From Chiloscyllium plagiosum (Eukaryota): a stretch of DNA of 64,000 nucleotides. Made by a program: the position numbers and the translations under genes. The notes below the pieces were generated by a model, which was given only the letters and a program-made list of their open reading frames with translations, searched no databases and was not told the origin of the DNA. Below, in pieces: positions 62,946 to 64,000 of the stretch (positions are counted from its first letter, which is position 1; each line of letters starts with the position of its first letter). Location of the stretch: the NCBI RefSeq assembly GCF_004010195.1, contig NC_057753.1, forward strand, positions 8,279,309 through 8,343,308, written 5' to 3'.

Positions 62946-63499
62946 TTTAACTGTATTCCCCGTCGTAGATTCACTACAATATGAACAAGAACGTCACAGT
63001 AAATGTGTATATAGCTTGACAATTCCAAATTCAACTGAATTGCACTCAACGTCAAGACATTCTGTTCAGTCTGTGTATATTCAGGTAAAATTCGTACATT
63101 TCAACATATTAAGTTCCTGATCAGCACAATTGAATTCATTACGGTTCGGGTTCATTCAACAATCGTTTCATGCAGGTTAGTGTAATTAGAGCTACTATGA
63201 TTACATTCATGTAGGTCAGGAATAGTTCTGGACAGTGACAATCCATACGTCTAGTTCTGAGTCAGTTATGGAGAATGATGCACAATACTTAAAGGTCCTT
63301 TTAGCGCGATTAGTTTCAGTTTAGTTACACCCTATAAATATGCCCAATTTCAGTGCTTACTGATGCAAATAAGTGTGATCATTTTGATTGAGGTAGTAAG
63401 ATGTCATCAGAACTCCTGTACATCAATGCAGAAATTTTGTTTTCGATTGCCTCCATTCATGGCTACTCAGATACTAATATAAAGGAGTCCATTTTATAA

Positions 63500-63900
63500 G
63501 GTAATCGTAACTGCACAAAATCCAGACATAAGCAAATAAGTGGCATGTAATTTTCGCGCCACACAAATGCCAGGCGATAGCCAACACCAGTAACAGACAA
63601 TCTAATCACTGCCCCTTGGCATTCAATAGTGTTACCCAGACTGAATACCCTTCTATGAGTATCGTGGGGTTACCAGCAATTCAACTGGACTCACTGCAAA
63701 AAACAAAGTTTACAAAAGCAGTTTAAACGTGAGGAGCACAGGGTTGAGTGAATCACCTCCTGACCCGCTAACGGATGTCCACCATTTACAAAGCAGGTGT
63801 GTGATGGAATTCTCCCCAGTTGCCTGGATGGCTGCACTCTCAATAACATTCAAGAACCATCCAGGACAATATGTAATCTAATCACTCGGCATATCGCCTC
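63500..63900 (+). mobile_element. Fragment of the second LINE family (as at 17.1-18.6 kb)
   Basis: Similar to 18150-18530 (CATTCAATAGTGTTACC..GTGATGGAATTCTCCCCAGTTGCCTGGATG). Confidence 0.55.
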
Positions 63901-64000
63901 TCCACTTTGATCATCTGGCAGAGAATCGACTTTGGCTCAATGAAGAGTGCAAGAAGGTAAACTAAGAGCATAACTAAACAGACTAGAATATGAGACGTGG

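Overview
Vertebrate, repeat-rich genomic DNA, very probably from a shark or ray. The evidence is abundant CR1/HER1-type LINEs with (AGAACAT)n tails, an HE1-type V-SINE, and Penelope pLTR remnants typical of sharks. It has two assembly gaps. The only intact host genes are three paralogous two-exon class A GPCR genes of the GPR139/GPR142-like group. A (-): 20228-20159 + 14188-13269, 329 aa. B (+): 29619-29688 + 32640-33550, 326 aa. C (-): 60034-59965 + 56835-55925, 326 aa. Each has a 70-bp first coding exon that the ORF track does not join to exon 2. Each also has an O/E(EBF)-like motif followed by a TATA-like tract at almost the same distance upstream of the ATG, which suggests a co-regulated, possibly chemosensory receptor family. 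The rest is transposon debris: CR1, a second LINE family, RTE, Tx1, Gypsy fragments, a solo LTR and a C2H2-ZNF pseudogene. Three elements stand out: an endogenous retrovirus (TG..CA ends, 5-bp TSD) with a 2H-phosphoesterase-like domain between protease and RT; Penelope elements with inverted pLTRs carrying minimal hammerhead-ribozyme cores, including a ~214-bp fold-back mini-element with a 16-bp TSD; and several local templated duplications. Repeat boundaries are approximate unless a TSD is quoted.
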